In this document: positions 1 to 10,375 of the stretch, one piece after another
How positions within the stretch are numbered: the stretch's first letter is position 1
Layout: each line of letters begins with the position of its first letter
DNA from: an uncultured Omnitrophica bacterium
Lineage (GTDB): Bacteria; Omnitrophota; Gorgyraeia; JACQQV01
Assembly: GCA_947085655.1 (NCBI GenBank)
Contig: CAMTXH010000010.1
Coordinates: 18,015 to 82,014, forward strand
Direction of reading: 5' to 3'
Length of the DNA stretch: 64,000 bases
Translations under genes and position numbers: made by a program
Notes under the pieces: model-generated
Told to the model about the DNA's origin: nothing
Seen by the model: the letters and a program-made list of their open reading frames with translations, nothing else
The model's database searches: none

Positions 1-1066
1 GAAAACGGGAAAGGAGCGTTTGAAAACTTTCAATCGCCTCCGGGTAACGGGAAAGGCCGAGAAGAATCTCTCCTTTTTCAAGGAGTGCTTTACTACGCCA
101 TTCCGGCGGGAGGGGACGGTCCAAAAAAGACTCCAGGGCCTTGAGGACTTCCTCCTGATTTCCTTGAAGACGGCGGGAAAGAATCACACCGAAATGCGCC
201 GCTTCCCCCACCTCTTCTTTTTCCGTCAGGGTCTGAAAAATGGGGAGGGCCTTCTCCGCTGCGCCGAGCTTCAGATGAGACCACCCCTGATGAAGAAGGG
301 CCCGTGAACGCCATGGTTTCTCTTTCTTTTCAAGGAGCGCTTCCTCATAGAAAGGAATGGCCTTCTGAAATTGTTCCTGCTCAAAGAAAAGTTCACCCTG
401 AAGATAAAGGATCTCCCCTTTCCAGGGTGAGGTGGGATAGGTTTCCATGAAAATTCTGCAGCTCGTTAACGTTTCATCAAACTTTTTCTGACGCAAGAGA
501 CACACCGTCCTCCGGACATGGGCCTCTTCGGCCAAAAGATGCCCTGGAAAACGCTGAATGAGTTCTGCATAGCCGGCGGCCGCTTCCTCAAAACGCCCCT
601 TCCCCTCCTCGCACCAGGCGAGGGAATAGACGGCGTAGGGAAACATCGGAGATTCCGGATAGCCGTCGATTAGTCGCTTGTAGGTGTTGACGGCCGTGCT
701 GAAATTTTTCCCCCGGAGATGGAGTTCGCCGGTCCAATAAAGGACCTGGTCCCTCAATGTCTCGAATTCGTCCTCCCGAAGCATTTCCAAAAATTGCTCA
801 AGACTCTCATAAGGCCGGTCCAGTTCCAAATAGGTCCTCCCTAAAAGAAGTTTTGCTTCGCCGAATTTTTCGCTTCGGGGATGGTACTCCAAAAATCGTT
901 CGAGTCTCTGGCGGGCAAAGTCGTAGAAATGGTCGTAGAAGGCCCTTTCGGCGACGGTGAAGGCCTGAACCTCATCCTCGAGGTCCCGTTTGGCCAACCC
1001 TGCCGGGGTCAAAAGAAAGATAGAGAGGATGGTGAGGAGGGTCACATAGACCGCTTTTCGCTTCAT
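1..1066 (-). CDS. TPR-repeat protein with N-terminal signal peptide, 3' end truncated by the window edge
   Basis: Manual minus-strand translation from ATG at 1064-1066 runs without a stop to position 1 (at least 355 aa). It begins MKRKAVYVTLLTILSIFLLTPAGLA|KRDLEDEVQAF and continues with repeated helical TPR-like units. It is absent from the ORF track because no stop codon falls inside the window. Confidence 0.6.
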   Translation of the reverse strand, partial: MKRKAVYVTLLTILSIFLLTPAGLAKRDLEDEVQAFTVAERAFYDHFYDFARQRLERFLEYHPRSEKFGEAKLLLGRTYLELDRPYESLEQFLEMLREDEFETLRDQVLYWTGELHLRGKNFSTAVNTYKRLIDGYPESPMFPYAVYSLAWCEEGKGRFEEAAAGYAELIQRFPGHLLAEEAHVRRTVCLLRQKKFDETLTSCRIFMETYPTSPWKGEILYLQGELFFEQEQFQKAIPFYEEALLEKKEKPWRSRALLHQGWSHLKLGAAEKALPIFQTLTEKEEVGEAAHFGVILSRRLQGNQEEVLKALESFLDRPLPPEWRSKALLEKGEILLGLSRYPEAIESFQTLLSRF

Positions 1067-1091
1067 GGTCTTACAGTATAACACGTTACAA

Positions 1092-3881
1092 TCAATCCTT
1101 CAAGCGTTTTCGAAGGAATTGGCCGGTGAAAGAACGCGCGATCTGTCCCACTTCTTCCGGTGTTCCGGTGGCGACTACTTCCCCTCCTTCTTCTCCCCCG
1201 CCCGGTCCCAGGTCGATGAGATAATCAGCCGTCTTCACTACATCCAGATGATGCTCAATCACCAGAACGGTATTCCCGGAGTTCACGAGGGCATTCAGGA
1301 CCTTCAGGAGTTTGTCGATGTCGGCGAGATGGAGTCCGGTCGTCGGTTCGTCCAAAATATAAAGGGTTTTTCCGGTCGAGCGTTTTGAAAGTTCCGCCGC
1401 CAGCTTCACCCGCTGGGCCTCCCCCCCGGAAAGGGTCGTGGCGGATTGGCCGAGTTCGACATAGCCAAGCCCGACTTCGTACAGGACCTTCAATTTGTCA
1501 AGGGCGGGAGGGATATGTTCAAAAAGAGAAAGGGCCTCCTCCACCGTCATCGCCAGGACATCCGCAATCGATTTTCCCCGGTAGAGAATCTGAAGGGTCT
1601 GTTCGTTATACCGGAGACCCCTACAGACTTCACAGGGAACATAAATATCGGGGAGAAACTGCATTTCAATCTGCTTGATGCCGTCTCCCTCGCAGGCCTC
1701 GCAGCGTCCCCCCTTCACATTGAAACTGAACCGGCCCGGTTTGTATCCCTTGGTCCGGGCCTCCGGAAGGCGGCTGAAAAGATCCCGGATCACGGTGAAA
1801 AGTCCGGTGTAGGTGGCTGGATTGGAACGGGGGGTCCGTCCGATCGGAGACTGGTCGATGATGATGACCTTGTCTAGTTTTTCCGCCCCGAGAATATCCC
1901 GGTGTTTCCCGACATGCACGCGGGAACGGTAAAGTTTACGGGAAAGTGCGGCGTAGAGGATGTCGTTGACCAGGGTGCTCTTTCCAGATCCGGAGACGCC
2001 GGTCACGCAGACAAAAAGTCCGAGGGGTATGGGAACATCGATATTTTTCAGGTTATGCTCCCCGCAACCCCGGACGACCAAAAGTTTTTTGGGATCTTTT
2101 TGGCGGCGTTTTTTTGGGGTCTCGATGGAAAGCTCTTTTTTCAGATACTTGGCGGTGAGGGAGCGGGGAGAGCGTAAAATCTCCTCCAGCGTCCCGATGG
2201 CCACCACCTCTCCCCCCTTTCTTCCCGCCTCGGGTCCAAGATCAACGATAAAGTCGGCTGCGCGGATCGTGGCTTCATCATGCTCCACGACAATCACTGT
2301 ATTTCCAAGATCCCGGAGCGATTTCAGGGTATCGAGAAGTTTCTGATTGTCCCGCTGGTGAAGACCGATGCTCGGCTCATCCAGGATATACAACACCCCG
2401 ACGAGTCCAGATCCGATCTGGGTGGCAAGTCGCACCCGCTGCGCCTCGCCTCCGGAAAGGGTCCCTGCCTCCCGGTCGAGCGTCACATAATCGAGGCCCA
2501 CATTCTCAAGGAAAGAAAGCCGTTTCCGGATTTCCTTTAACACCTCTTCGGCGATCATCTTCTCTTTCTGGGAAAGTTCAAGGGAGGAAAAAAAGCGGGA
2601 TCCCTCTTTGATCGACATCCGGACCACTTCCCGGATCGACTTTCCCCCTACTGTGACGGCGAGCGCCTCGGGACGGAGACGAGCCCCTTCGCAGGAAGGA
2701 CAAAGTCTGAAGTCCATCACCTTTTGGATCGCTTCCCGCATATAGTCGCTTTCGGTCTGGACAAACCGGCGTTCAAGATTCGGAATCACTCCCTCAAAAT
2801 CCCCGTTCCCGCCGTCTCCGTAGAGAATCAGGTCCTGGACGGAACGGGGGAGTTCCCCAAACGGAGTCTCCATGCTGAATCCCTGATCGTAGGCGAGCGA
2901 TCTCAAGAGCCGCCGATAGTGAAGCACCAGCGCTTTTCCGCCGCGACGCCACGGTTCGATCGCCCCTTCAATCAGACTCAAGGTTTTGTCGGGAACCACG
3001 AGTCCCGGATCAACTTCCAGTTTGGTGCCGAGGCCATGGCAGGAAGCGCAGGCCCCGTAGGGACTGTTAAAGGAAAAACTCCGGGGTTCCAGTTCTTCAT
3101 AACTCACCCCACAGTCGGGGCAGGCAAATTGTTCGCTGAATAAAAGGTCTTTCTCCTTCTCGCGTGAAACAACGGCCAGTCCCTTTCCCACCTTGAGGGC
3201 GGTTTCGACCGAATCGGCAATCCGGTTTTTCTGTTTTTTGTTGACGTCCACCCGGTCCACCACGACTTCAATCGTATGGGTCAGTTTTTTATTTAACTGG
3301 ATCGGTTCGTCCAGCCGGAGAAGTTCCCCATCCACCCGTGTCCGGACAAATCCCTCCTTTTTCATCTGCTCGAAAAGTTTCTGATACTCCCCCTTCCGGC
3401 CCCGCACCAGGGGCGCAAGAATCAGGATCTTGGATCCTTCCGGAAGATTCATGACGCGATTGGTGATTTCGCTGGAAGATTGGCGGGCGATCCGGGTCTT
3501 GCACCGGTAGCAGTGAGGAGTCCCGACCCGGGCAAAAAGGAGCCGGAGGTAATCGTAAATTTCGGTGGTGGTGGCGACGGTCGAGCGGGGGTTGGAGCCG
3601 GCGGTCCGCTGTTCGATGGCAATGGCCGGCGGAAGCCCTTCGATATGCTCGACGTTCGGTTTCTGAAGCTGTTCCAGAAACTGTCGGGCATAGGCGGAGA
3701 GACTCTCCACATACCGCCTTTGCCCCTCGGCATAGAGCGTATCAAACGCAAGAGACGATTTGCCGGAACCGGAAAGGCCGGTAATCACAATCAGGCGGTT
3801 CCGGGGAAGCGAAAGGTCGATATTTTTAAGATTGTGCTCTTTCGCCCCGCGGATGATGATGGATTGGGATCCTTTTTCCAC
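1092..3881 (-). CDS. uvrA: excinuclease ABC subunit A (UvrA), GTG start
   Basis: 929 aa with two ABC ATPase modules ([35 protein letters not shown]; [12 protein letters not shown]), zinc-finger cysteines, AAAGAGG SD 6 nt upstream of GTG. Confidence 0.93.
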   Translation of the reverse strand: MEKGSQSIIIRGAKEHNLKNIDLSLPRNRLIVITGLSGSGKSSLAFDTLYAEGQRRYVESLSAYARQFLEQLQKPNVEHIEGLPPAIAIEQRTAGSNPRSTVATTTEIYDYLRLLFARVGTPHCYRCKTRIARQSSSEITNRVMNLPEGSKILILAPLVRGRKGEYQKLFEQMKKEGFVRTRVDGELLRLDEPIQLNKKLTHTIEVVVDRVDVNKKQKNRIADSVETALKVGKGLAVVSREKEKDLLFSEQFACPDCGVSYEELEPRSFSFNSPYGACASCHGLGTKLEVDPGLVVPDKTLSLIEGAIEPWRRGGKALVLHYRRLLRSLAYDQGFSMETPFGELPRSVQDLILYGDGGNGDFEGVIPNLERRFVQTESDYMREAIQKVMDFRLCPSCEGARLRPEALAVTVGGKSIREVVRMSIKEGSRFFSSLELSQKEKMIAEEVLKEIRKRLSFLENVGLDYVTLDREAGTLSGGEAQRVRLATQIGSGLVGVLYILDEPSIGLHQRDNQKLLDTLKSLRDLGNTVIVVEHDEATIRAADFIVDLGPEAGRKGGEVVAIGTLEEILRSPRSLTAKYLKKELSIETPKKRRQKDPKKLLVVRGCGEHNLKNIDVPIPLGLFVCVTGVSGSGKSTLVNDILYAALSRKLYRSRVHVGKHRDILGAEKLDKVIIIDQSPIGRTPRSNPATYTGLFTVIRDLFSRLPEARTKGYKPGRFSFNVKGGRCEACEGDGIKQIEMQFLPDIYVPCEVCRGLRYNEQTLQILYRGKSIADVLAMTVEEALSLFEHIPPALDKLKVLYEVGLGYVELGQSATTLSGGEAQRVKLAAELSKRSTGKTLYILDEPTTGLHLADIDKLLKVLNALVNSGNTVLVIEHHLDVVKTADYLIDLGPGGGEEGGEVVATGTPEEVGQIARSFTGQFLRKRLKD

Positions 3882-3920
3882 TCAGAACCTCTTTAATCGA
3901 TATATTTTACCAAGAATAGA

Positions 3921-4058
3921 GGGACGTTTCTACACCTGGCTCCAATCTGACTCTAATCTGTCCCCCTAACCTGAATCAAGCTTATTCCGACTTTGGGACG
4001 TTTTCGAAAGTGTCCCCTGCGTCATTCTCACGTTAGGGACACTTTCTGAAAACGTCCC
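3921..4058 (-). promoter_or_regulatory. uvrA upstream region carrying three copies of GGGACGTTT(T/C), including two 22-bp imperfect palindromes GGGAC-N12-GTCCC; candidate operator/promoter
   Basis: GGGACGTTTC at 3921-3930; palindrome GGGACGTTTTCGAAAGTGTCCC at 3995-4016; inverted copy GGGACACTTTCTGAAAACGTCCC at 4036-4058; all 40-180 nt upstream of the uvrA start. Confidence 0.3.
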
Positions 4059-4065
4059 TATAGAC

Positions 4066-4101
4066 AAAAAGCCCCTGTGCCGATAGGCACAGGGGCTTTT
4101 T
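4066..4101. terminator. bidirectional rho-independent terminator
   Basis: AAAAA-GCCCCTGTGCC-gata-GGCACAGGGGC-TTTTT: perfect 11-bp GC-rich stem, 4-nt loop, A-run and T-run on either side. Confidence 0.8.
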
Positions 4102-4124
4102 GTGTTGGTTGTTTATCGAGATGT

Positions 4125-4268
4125 CTATCTTTTGCGACGCCTTTTGGATTTCTTTCTCTTTTGGCCGCCGCGCGCCATCTTCGCCATCGACACATCACCC
4201 TGCTTGTCGATGAAGTAGAGATAGCCCTTTTTGCGCTTGATGCCAAGCTTTGCGATTTTTGTCGCCAT
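4125..4268 (-). CDS. unannotated 47-aa lysine/arginine-rich small protein
   Basis: ATG at 4266-4268 preceded by GGGAGGTG SD (rc of tcacctccc); MATKIAKLGIKRKKGYLYFIDKQGDVSMAKMARGGQKRKKSKRRRKR; stop at 4125-4127; followed on the same strand by the 4066-4101 terminator. Below the 60-aa cutoff of the ORF track. Confidence 0.5.
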   Translation of the reverse strand: MATKIAKLGIKRKKGYLYFIDKQGDVSMAKMARGGQKRKKSKRRRKR

Positions 4269-4285
4269 TCTGTATCACCTCCCTT

Positions 4286-5119
4286 CTATGTGCCTACTTT
4301 TACAGAATCCAGAAAAGTCTTCAGTGCCGCGATGGCGGAAAGAGTTGCCAGACGGCTTGTCCGGGGATTTTCCCGGGAGGGAAGATTTTCACAAATCGTT
4401 TTCAATGTTCCGGCAGAGCCCTCCAACACCACCTCGTGGCTGTTCCGCCTCGCCTTCGGGTCTGCCACCACCCGTACCTCCAGCTGCCGCGCTCTGCCCG
4501 CCAAAGCGAGGGTTGCGGCAACGTTGATATTCTGCGGAAAAGCCGCAAGTGCCTTCCGGAAATTTCCCCGGAAAAGAACAGTGGCGCGCCGGATCCGTTT
4601 TAAATTGATTTTTCTTTTTAAAACAAAAGGAGCCCCCTCGAAACTGTGAGGGGGCTTCCGGGTTGTGAGAACCATCTTCCGGATCGGAAGAAGCGATGCT
4701 GCCTTGACACCGTCGATTCCGGAAAGGGCTCCGCTCGGAATAAGAATGGAGCATCCCCTTTCCTTTGCTTTTGCAAGGAGACGTTTTTGTCCCAAAAGTC
4801 CTCCTGTGGACATCACAAGAAGATCTTTCCGCTTTTGAATCACTTTTTTGAGAAGCGGCGCCACCGCCGAAAGGTGGGCTGCTTCCACGACAAGGTCACA
4901 CCGACCGATGAGGGCGTCCACCGTCAACACCGCTGGGCGGCTCCGGAGTTTTCTCGAGAGTTCACTCGCGCGCACCCGATTTTCGTCGGAGAGCGCCACC
5001 AGCCGGGCCCCCCGGATCTGGCCGCTGTCGAGTGCTTTGGCCACCCCGCTTCCGATGGCACCGCATCCGACGATGCCGATCTTCCTATTTCGGCCGGACC
5101 TTGTTCTTTTCGTTGACAA
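4286..5119 (-). CDS. nadX: L-aspartate dehydrogenase (NadX-like)
   Basis: [11 protein letters not shown] Rossmann start; [15 protein letters not shown] and [12 protein letters not shown] blocks resemble Thermotoga-type aspartate dehydrogenase (FPRNINVAST, ENPKTSMLT). Confidence 0.7.
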   Translation of the reverse strand: MSTKRTRSGRNRKIGIVGCGAIGSGVAKALDSGQIRGARLVALSDENRVRASELSRKLRSRPAVLTVDALIGRCDLVVEAAHLSAVAPLLKKVIQKRKDLLVMSTGGLLGQKRLLAKAKERGCSILIPSGALSGIDGVKAASLLPIRKMVLTTRKPPHSFEGAPFVLKRKINLKRIRRATVLFRGNFRKALAAFPQNINVAATLALAGRARQLEVRVVADPKARRNSHEVVLEGSAGTLKTICENLPSRENPRTSRLATLSAIAALKTFLDSVKVGT

Positions 5120-5438
5120 AGAGAATCTTCGGTTTTAAAGAGCGGGCCTCGCGCGCATCAAGGAGATTGTAAGCGATGATAATCACCTTATCCCCCACCT
5201 GCGCCCAGCGAGCCGCCGCACCGTTCATACAGATTGTTCCGGAATTCGCCTTGCCCTCCATCACGTAGGTTTCGACACGGGTTCCGTTATGGAGGTTCAC
5301 AATCTGCACCCGTTCAAAAGGAAGGATCCCCGCCTTCTGAAGCAATGCCTTATCGATGGTGATCGAGCCGGTATATTCGAGATTCGCCTCGGTCACCGTC
5401 GCTCCATGAATTTTGGCACGGCACATGTAATGATACAT
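5085..5438 (-). CDS. panD: aspartate 1-decarboxylase
   Basis: [25 protein letters not shown]...TYVMEG...NGAAA: PanD pyruvoyl-enzyme family. Confidence 0.9.
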   Translation of the reverse strand: MYHYMCRAKIHGATVTEANLEYTGSITIDKALLQKAGILPFERVQIVNLHNGTRVETYVMEGKANSGTICMNGAAARWAQVGDKVIIIAYNLLDAREARSLKPKILFVNEKNKVRPK

Positions 5439-5439
5439 T

Positions 5440-6297
5440 TTAACCCTTCACCAAAAAATTATCAATCAGGCGTGTTTTGCCGACCCAAGCCGCAATCGCC
5501 AAAAGAACTTTCCCCTTCACCCGTTTCATCGTCTCAAGTGTCTCGGGATCGACGACGGAGACATAGTCCACCCGCCGCACGCCCCTTTCCCGCAAAAGAG
5601 CGCGCATGCGTGAGAGTATCTTTTGAGGATTCTTTTCACCGTCCCGGATCATCCTTTTCCCCAAAAAGAGCGCTTGCGACAGAGAAAGCGCTTTTTTCCT
5701 TTCCCCGTCGGATAAATAGCGGTTCCGTGAACTCATCGCAAGCCCGTTTTTCTCCCTCACCGTCGGCATCACCCTCATGGCGATCGGAAGGTCGAGGTCT
5801 TTCAATAACTGAGCAATCACCTGTGTCTGCTGATAATCTTTCTGACCGAAATAAACGCGGTCGGGTTGGACGAGGTTGAAAAGTTTTGCACAAACCGTGG
5901 CCACCCCCCGGAAATGACCGGGGCGGAATTTTCCGCAGAGCGGTTCGGAAACCGGGCCGACGTCGATCTCGGTCGCAAAAAGGTCCGGGTAGATTGTTTT
6001 GACCGAGGGGAAAAAAAGAAGATCGACCCTCTCTTTTTGAAGGAGGGCGCGATCTTTGGAAAAAACCCTCGGATAACGCTGGAAATCCTCGTTGGGACCG
6101 AATTGCGTCGGATTCACGAAAATGCTCACCACGACGCGGTCGCATTCCTTGCGCGCGGCACGGACCAGGGAAAGGTGCCCCTCGTGAAGCGCTCCCATCG
6201 TCGGGACAAACCCGATCGTCTCGCCCCGTTTTCTATACCTTTTCAACTGTGACCTCAAGGGGGTAAGGCCTCGGAGGACGCGCATCGGTTGACACAC
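5440..6297 (-). CDS. panC: pantoate--beta-alanine ligase
   Basis: [34 protein letters not shown]. Confidence 0.92.
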   Translation of the reverse strand: MCQPMRVLRGLTPLRSQLKRYRKRGETIGFVPTMGALHEGHLSLVRAARKECDRVVVSIFVNPTQFGPNEDFQRYPRVFSKDRALLQKERVDLLFFPSVKTIYPDLFATEIDVGPVSEPLCGKFRPGHFRGVATVCAKLFNLVQPDRVYFGQKDYQQTQVIAQLLKDLDLPIAMRVMPTVREKNGLAMSSRNRYLSDGERKKALSLSQALFLGKRMIRDGEKNPQKILSRMRALLRERGVRRVDYVSVVDPETLETMKRVKGKVLLAIAAWVGKTRLIDNFLVKG

Positions 6298-6772
6298 ACT
6301 CCGCCAAAAGTTCCTTGATGCTCTTTTTCAATTTCGGGTGAAAGAGCGTCTCGCACAATTCCGAAAGGGGCAAAAGGACAAAGATCCGCTCGTGGAGCCG
6401 CGGATGGGGAAGAATCAGCGACGGTTCCTCGACGACCAGATCCCCGTAAAAGAGAAGATCCAGATCGATCTCCCTCGGTCCCCATCGCTCCCGAGGAGTC
6501 CGCCCGACTTCATGCTCAATCGTCTTTAACGCGGTCAAAAGGGCCTCGGGTGTAAGGGAACTCTCCCCTTCCACCACGCCGTTCAGAAAAGGCCTCTGGT
6601 CCCGGACCCCGACCGGCTCCGTCTCATAGAAACGGGAAATCCGCTTTAACCGGAAACCCTGCATTTCTCGGAGAAACTGAATCGTCCGCTTCAGATGCTT
6701 TTCCCGGTCACCCACATTGGTGCCGAGGCCGATAAAGGTCCTTACCCGAGCAGTTTTCGAAAGCGCGCACAC
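6233..6772 (-). CDS. folK: 2-amino-4-hydroxy-6-hydroxymethyldihydropteridine pyrophosphokinase
   Basis: IGLGTNVGDRE...YETEPVG...QRPFLNGVV...WGPREIDLDLLFYGD (HPPK signature). Confidence 0.88.
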   Translation of the reverse strand: MCALSKTARVRTFIGLGTNVGDREKHLKRTIQFLREMQGFRLKRISRFYETEPVGVRDQRPFLNGVVEGESSLTPEALLTALKTIEHEVGRTPRERWGPREIDLDLLFYGDLVVEEPSLILPHPRLHERIFVLLPLSELCETLFHPKLKKSIKELLAECVSTDARPPRPYPLEVTVEKV

Positions 6773-7917
6773 GCTTCCTGAATCCTTCTCTTCGGAAGGG
6801 TCAGTGCCATCCGGATGTATCCTTCTCCGGAAGGGCCGAACCCGACGCCGGGTGTGACAACGATTCCCGCTTTTTCAAACACCCACCGGGCAAAATCGCT
6901 TGAAGAGCGTTTCCGCGCCGGAATAGGTGCCCAGACATAAAAAGTGGCGCGCGGAGCCGGAACGTTCCAGCCGAGTCGGTTCAGTCCCTCGACGAGGGAA
7001 TCCCGCCGCTCTTCATAAAGGCGGTTCCGGAATGCCAAAAGCCGGCTCGGAAGACGAAGCGCTGCAATCCCTGCATGTTGAACCGCCTGAAAAATCCCCG
7101 AATCGACATTCGCCTTGACCTTGGCGAGCGCTGCGATCATCTCCCGACGGCCGCAGGCAAATCCGATTCGCCAGCCGGTCATGTTGTACGTCTTCGAAAG
7201 CGAATGAAACTCGATTCCGACCGCCTTGGCCCCGGGTCGTTGGAGGAAACTGATCGGCCGATACCCGTCGAAGCTGACTTCGGTGTACGCGGCGTCATGA
7301 CATATCATTATACGGTGCCGACGACAAAAGTCAATAGTCTCGTCGAAAAAAGAGGCATCGGCGCAGGCGGCGGTGGGGTTATTCGGATAGTTCAAAAAAA
7401 GGAGTTTGGCCCGCCTCAGCGTCGAGCGCGAAAGACGGGAGAAATCGGGCAGGAAGCCGTTCTCCTCGAGGAGCGGTAGATTCACCACTTCTCCGCCGGC
7501 AAAGTGCGTTCCGCTCCGGTAAGGAGGGTAGCAGGGATCCGGCACAAGGACCGCCTCCTTCGGGTTGATAAGCCCAAGGGGAAGATGGGCAATTCCCTCC
7601 TTGGAACCGAGAAGGGGGAGGATCTCCTTTTGAGGGTCCAAGGTCACCCCAAAGCGCCTTTTGTACCATAGGGCAATTTCCCGACGGAGAGACGGAAGCC
7701 CCTGATCCAGGGCATACCGGTGATTTGCCGGGTCTCTGGCAGCGCGGCTCAAGGCAGAGATCACCGATGGGGGTGTCGGCAGGTCCGGATCTCCGACGCC
7801 AAGATCGATAATATCCCTCCCGGCCGCTTTCGCCTTCCTTTTGGCAGCGTCGAGTTCGGCGAATAAATAAGGGGGGAGTTTCTGAAGACGTTCAGAAAAA
7901 TGAACAGAAAAACTCAT
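6742..7917 (-). CDS. class I PLP-dependent aminotransferase, probably LL-diaminopimelate aminotransferase (DapL-like)
   Basis: LPPYLFAELD...IDLGVGDPDLPTP...YNMTGWRIGF (PLP-lysine region). Sits directly after dapF-dapA-dapB with no dapD/dapE/dapC nearby. Confidence 0.6.
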   Translation of the reverse strand: MSFSVHFSERLQKLPPYLFAELDAAKRKAKAAGRDIIDLGVGDPDLPTPPSVISALSRAARDPANHRYALDQGLPSLRREIALWYKRRFGVTLDPQKEILPLLGSKEGIAHLPLGLINPKEAVLVPDPCYPPYRSGTHFAGGEVVNLPLLEENGFLPDFSRLSRSTLRRAKLLFLNYPNNPTAACADASFFDETIDFCRRHRIMICHDAAYTEVSFDGYRPISFLQRPGAKAVGIEFHSLSKTYNMTGWRIGFACGRREMIAALAKVKANVDSGIFQAVQHAGIAALRLPSRLLAFRNRLYEERRDSLVEGLNRLGWNVPAPRATFYVWAPIPARKRSSSDFARWVFEKAGIVVTPGVGFGPSGEGYIRMALTLPKRRIQEACARFRKLLG

Positions 7918-8669
7918 TCGGACGCCTTCAACACATCCTGCATTGTGTAGAACTTGGGTGGTTTTCCGGCGAGGAATCGGGCGGCGCGAAGCGCCCCAAG
8001 GGCAAAGGTGTCCCGGGAGGAGGCGCGGTGGGTAAACTCAAGCCGCTCCCCTTCCGTTGCAAAGGTAACGGTATGGTCCCCGACCACATCGCCCAGCCGG
8101 AAGGAATGGATCGGGATCGTCTCCGGCTTCACCTTCCTTGCCGCGGCAATCTTTTCGGCAAGGAACTTGGCGGTTCCGCTCGGAGCGTCCTTTTTGTGGC
8201 GGTGGTGCGTCTCGACGATCCCCACTTCATACGCTGCCCCAAGCTTCCGTGCGGCGTCAAAAACAAGTTCAAAGAGGAGATTCACCCCCACGCTCATGTT
8301 GGGGGTCCAAAGAACCGGAATCGTCTTTCCCGCATCCATCACCTGTTGAAGCTGTTGAGGGGAAAAGCCGGTCGTACCGATCACAATCGCCTTTTTAAGG
8401 CGGAGCGCTTCCTTAATATGGGCCAAAGAGGCCTCCGGGGTACTGAACTCAATATGAACCTCCACCCCCTGAAAGACCTTTCCCGCCTCTGAAGAGAGAG
8501 AAATGCCTTTGCGCCCAAGCCCGAGGAGTTCCCCGATATCCTTCCCGAGTTCAGGGTGCCCTTCCCTTTCAAGGGCGCCGGCCACTTTGAAGACAGAGTC
8601 CTGAAAGGCGAGTGAGAGGATTCTGGAGCCCATCCTCCCCATTGCGCCGCTGACTGAAATGAAGGTCAT
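7914..8669 (-). CDS. dapB: 4-hydroxy-tetrahydrodipicolinate reductase
   Basis: VSGAMGRMG...EFSTPEA...ETHHRHKKDAPSGTA. Confidence 0.9.
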   Translation of the reverse strand: MTFISVSGAMGRMGSRILSLAFQDSVFKVAGALEREGHPELGKDIGELLGLGRKGISLSSEAGKVFQGVEVHIEFSTPEASLAHIKEALRLKKAIVIGTTGFSPQQLQQVMDAGKTIPVLWTPNMSVGVNLLFELVFDAARKLGAAYEVGIVETHHRHKKDAPSGTAKFLAEKIAAARKVKPETIPIHSFRLGDVVGDHTVTFATEGERLEFTHRASSRDTFALGALRAARFLAGKPPKFYTMQDVLKASE

Positions 8670-8670
8670 T

Positions 8671-9561
8671 TCATCGTGCCTTCAGTTTCGAAGCGGGAAG
8701 GAGTCCGTAATCGACGAGTGCTTTCTTGAGGACGGTACTGTTTGCCTCCGACATCGGACAAAGCGGAAGCCGGAGTTCCCCTTTGATCATGCCAAGGAGT
8801 TCCATGGCAGTCTTTACCGGAATCGGGTTCGTCTCAACGAAGAGTGCCTTACATAGAGGAAGGAGTTTGTAATGAAGTTCCCTTGCCTTGTCATACGCCC
8901 CTTTCAGGGCATGATGCGTCAAGGCGGCCACATCCTTCGGGACAATGTTGGCTGCAACCGAAATCACCCCCTGGGCGCCGACCGCCATCATCGGGAGTGT
9001 CAGCGAATCATCCCCGGAGAGGACGGTGATATCGCAAAGGGAGATGATTTGACTCACCTGATCAAGACTTCCGGCCGCCTCTTTCACCGCCACGATCGTC
9101 TCAATTTTGGAAAGCCGCGCAATCGTCTCAGGCGCCATGTTGATGCCGGTCCGCCCCGGGATATTGTAAAGGATAAGAGGGATATCCGCCTCCTTGGCAA
9201 TCTTTTCAAAGTGGCGATAAAGCCCTTCCTGCATCGGTTTGTTGTAGTAAGGGCAGACCTGAAGCGACCCGTCCGCCCCAACCCTTTTGGCAAAGCGGGT
9301 CAGATCCACCGCCTCATCGGTTGAGTTGGATCCGGTCCCGGCGATCACCGGAATTCTCTTATTCGCCTGCTCCACCACAATCTGGATGACTCTCTTATGC
9401 TCCTCATGGGAAAGCGTGGGAGATTCACCGGTTGTTCCGCAGGGAGAGACGGCATCGGTCTTATTCTGGATGTGATAATCGACCAGTTCCCGGAGCTTTA
9501 CCTCGTCCACTTTCCCGCCGGAAAATGGGGTGACCAGTGCAACAATCGATCCTTTAAACAT
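8671..9561 (-). CDS. dapA: 4-hydroxy-tetrahydrodipicolinate synthase
   Basis: GSIVALVTPF...CGTTGESPTLSHEEH...YYNKP. Confidence 0.9.
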   Translation of the reverse strand: MFKGSIVALVTPFSGGKVDEVKLRELVDYHIQNKTDAVSPCGTTGESPTLSHEEHKRVIQIVVEQANKRIPVIAGTGSNSTDEAVDLTRFAKRVGADGSLQVCPYYNKPMQEGLYRHFEKIAKEADIPLILYNIPGRTGINMAPETIARLSKIETIVAVKEAAGSLDQVSQIISLCDITVLSGDDSLTLPMMAVGAQGVISVAANIVPKDVAALTHHALKGAYDKARELHYKLLPLCKALFVETNPIPVKTAMELLGMIKGELRLPLCPMSEANSTVLKKALVDYGLLPASKLKAR

Positions 9562-10375
9562 GATTCACGCTCCCTTCAAAAATACGGGATACCTTTCCTT
9601 CAAGGTAAACCTCGCCGAATTCCCCATCCCTTTCCTTAAAGAATATCTTAAGCCGCTCGCCCCCTTTTGTCAAAACTGTTATCGGCGAGGAAAATCGTCT
9701 AATTTTGGCTGTGACTAACGCGGAGGCGACCGCTCCGGTGCCGCAGGCCAGGGTTTCCCCTTCCACGCCCCGCTCATAGGTCCGGATTTCGATAGAATTT
9801 TTTCCCCGAACCTTCACAAAATCGGCGTTTGTGCCGCGCGGCTTAAAAAGTCGATGATGCCGAATCGCTTCTCCCCAGCATTCCACATCAAATTCTTTAA
9901 GATTCTCCACAAAAAGGATCGCGTGCGGCACAGAGGCAAGAATTGTATGAAGCGTGAGTATTTTGTCACAAACTTTCACCTTCACTCCCCGACGGAAACT
10001 GTGCGGATTCGGAAGTTTTACTTTGACAACGTTTCCGCGTACCGCCGCCTCGAGCCGCCCTGCAAGCGTTTCAAATGAAGTGCGGCCGCGGCTTTTCCCA
10101 ACGACATAGAAGGCCGCACATCGTGAGCCGTTCCCACACATCTCTGCCTCACTCCCATCCGGATTAAAAATCCGCATCCTGAAATCGGCTTTCCGCGACG
10201 GCTCCAAGACCAAAACCCCATCTGCCCCGATCGCCCGCTTCCTATCGCAAAGTTTCCGGGCAAGCCGCGCCCCCTCCGCTTTCGATATACGCCCCTTTCT
10301 GCGTCTATCGATCAGAATAAAATCATTCCCCGTTCCTTGGAGTTTGGTGAATTTAAGTGTCATCTTATTGATCAA
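9554..10375 (-). CDS. dapF: diaminopimelate epimerase
   Basis: KLQGTGNDFILID...FNPDGSEAEMCGNGSRC...LACGTGAVA. Confidence 0.9.
   Translation of the reverse strand: MINKMTLKFTKLQGTGNDFILIDRRRKGRISKAEGARLARKLCDRKRAIGADGVLVLEPSRKADFRMRIFNPDGSEAEMCGNGSRCAAFYVVGKSRGRTSFETLAGRLEAAVRGNVVKVKLPNPHSFRRGVKVKVCDKILTLHTILASVPHAILFVENLKEFDVECWGEAIRHHRLFKPRGTNADFVKVRGKNSIEIRTYERGVEGETLACGTGAVASALVTAKIRRFSSPITVLTKGGERLKIFFKERDGEFGEVYLEGKVSRIFEGSVNHV

Noticed and set aside
5636-6145. 169-aa minus-strand ORF inside panC in another frame
   Set aside because: Overlaps the well-supported panC frame; Arg-rich artefact.
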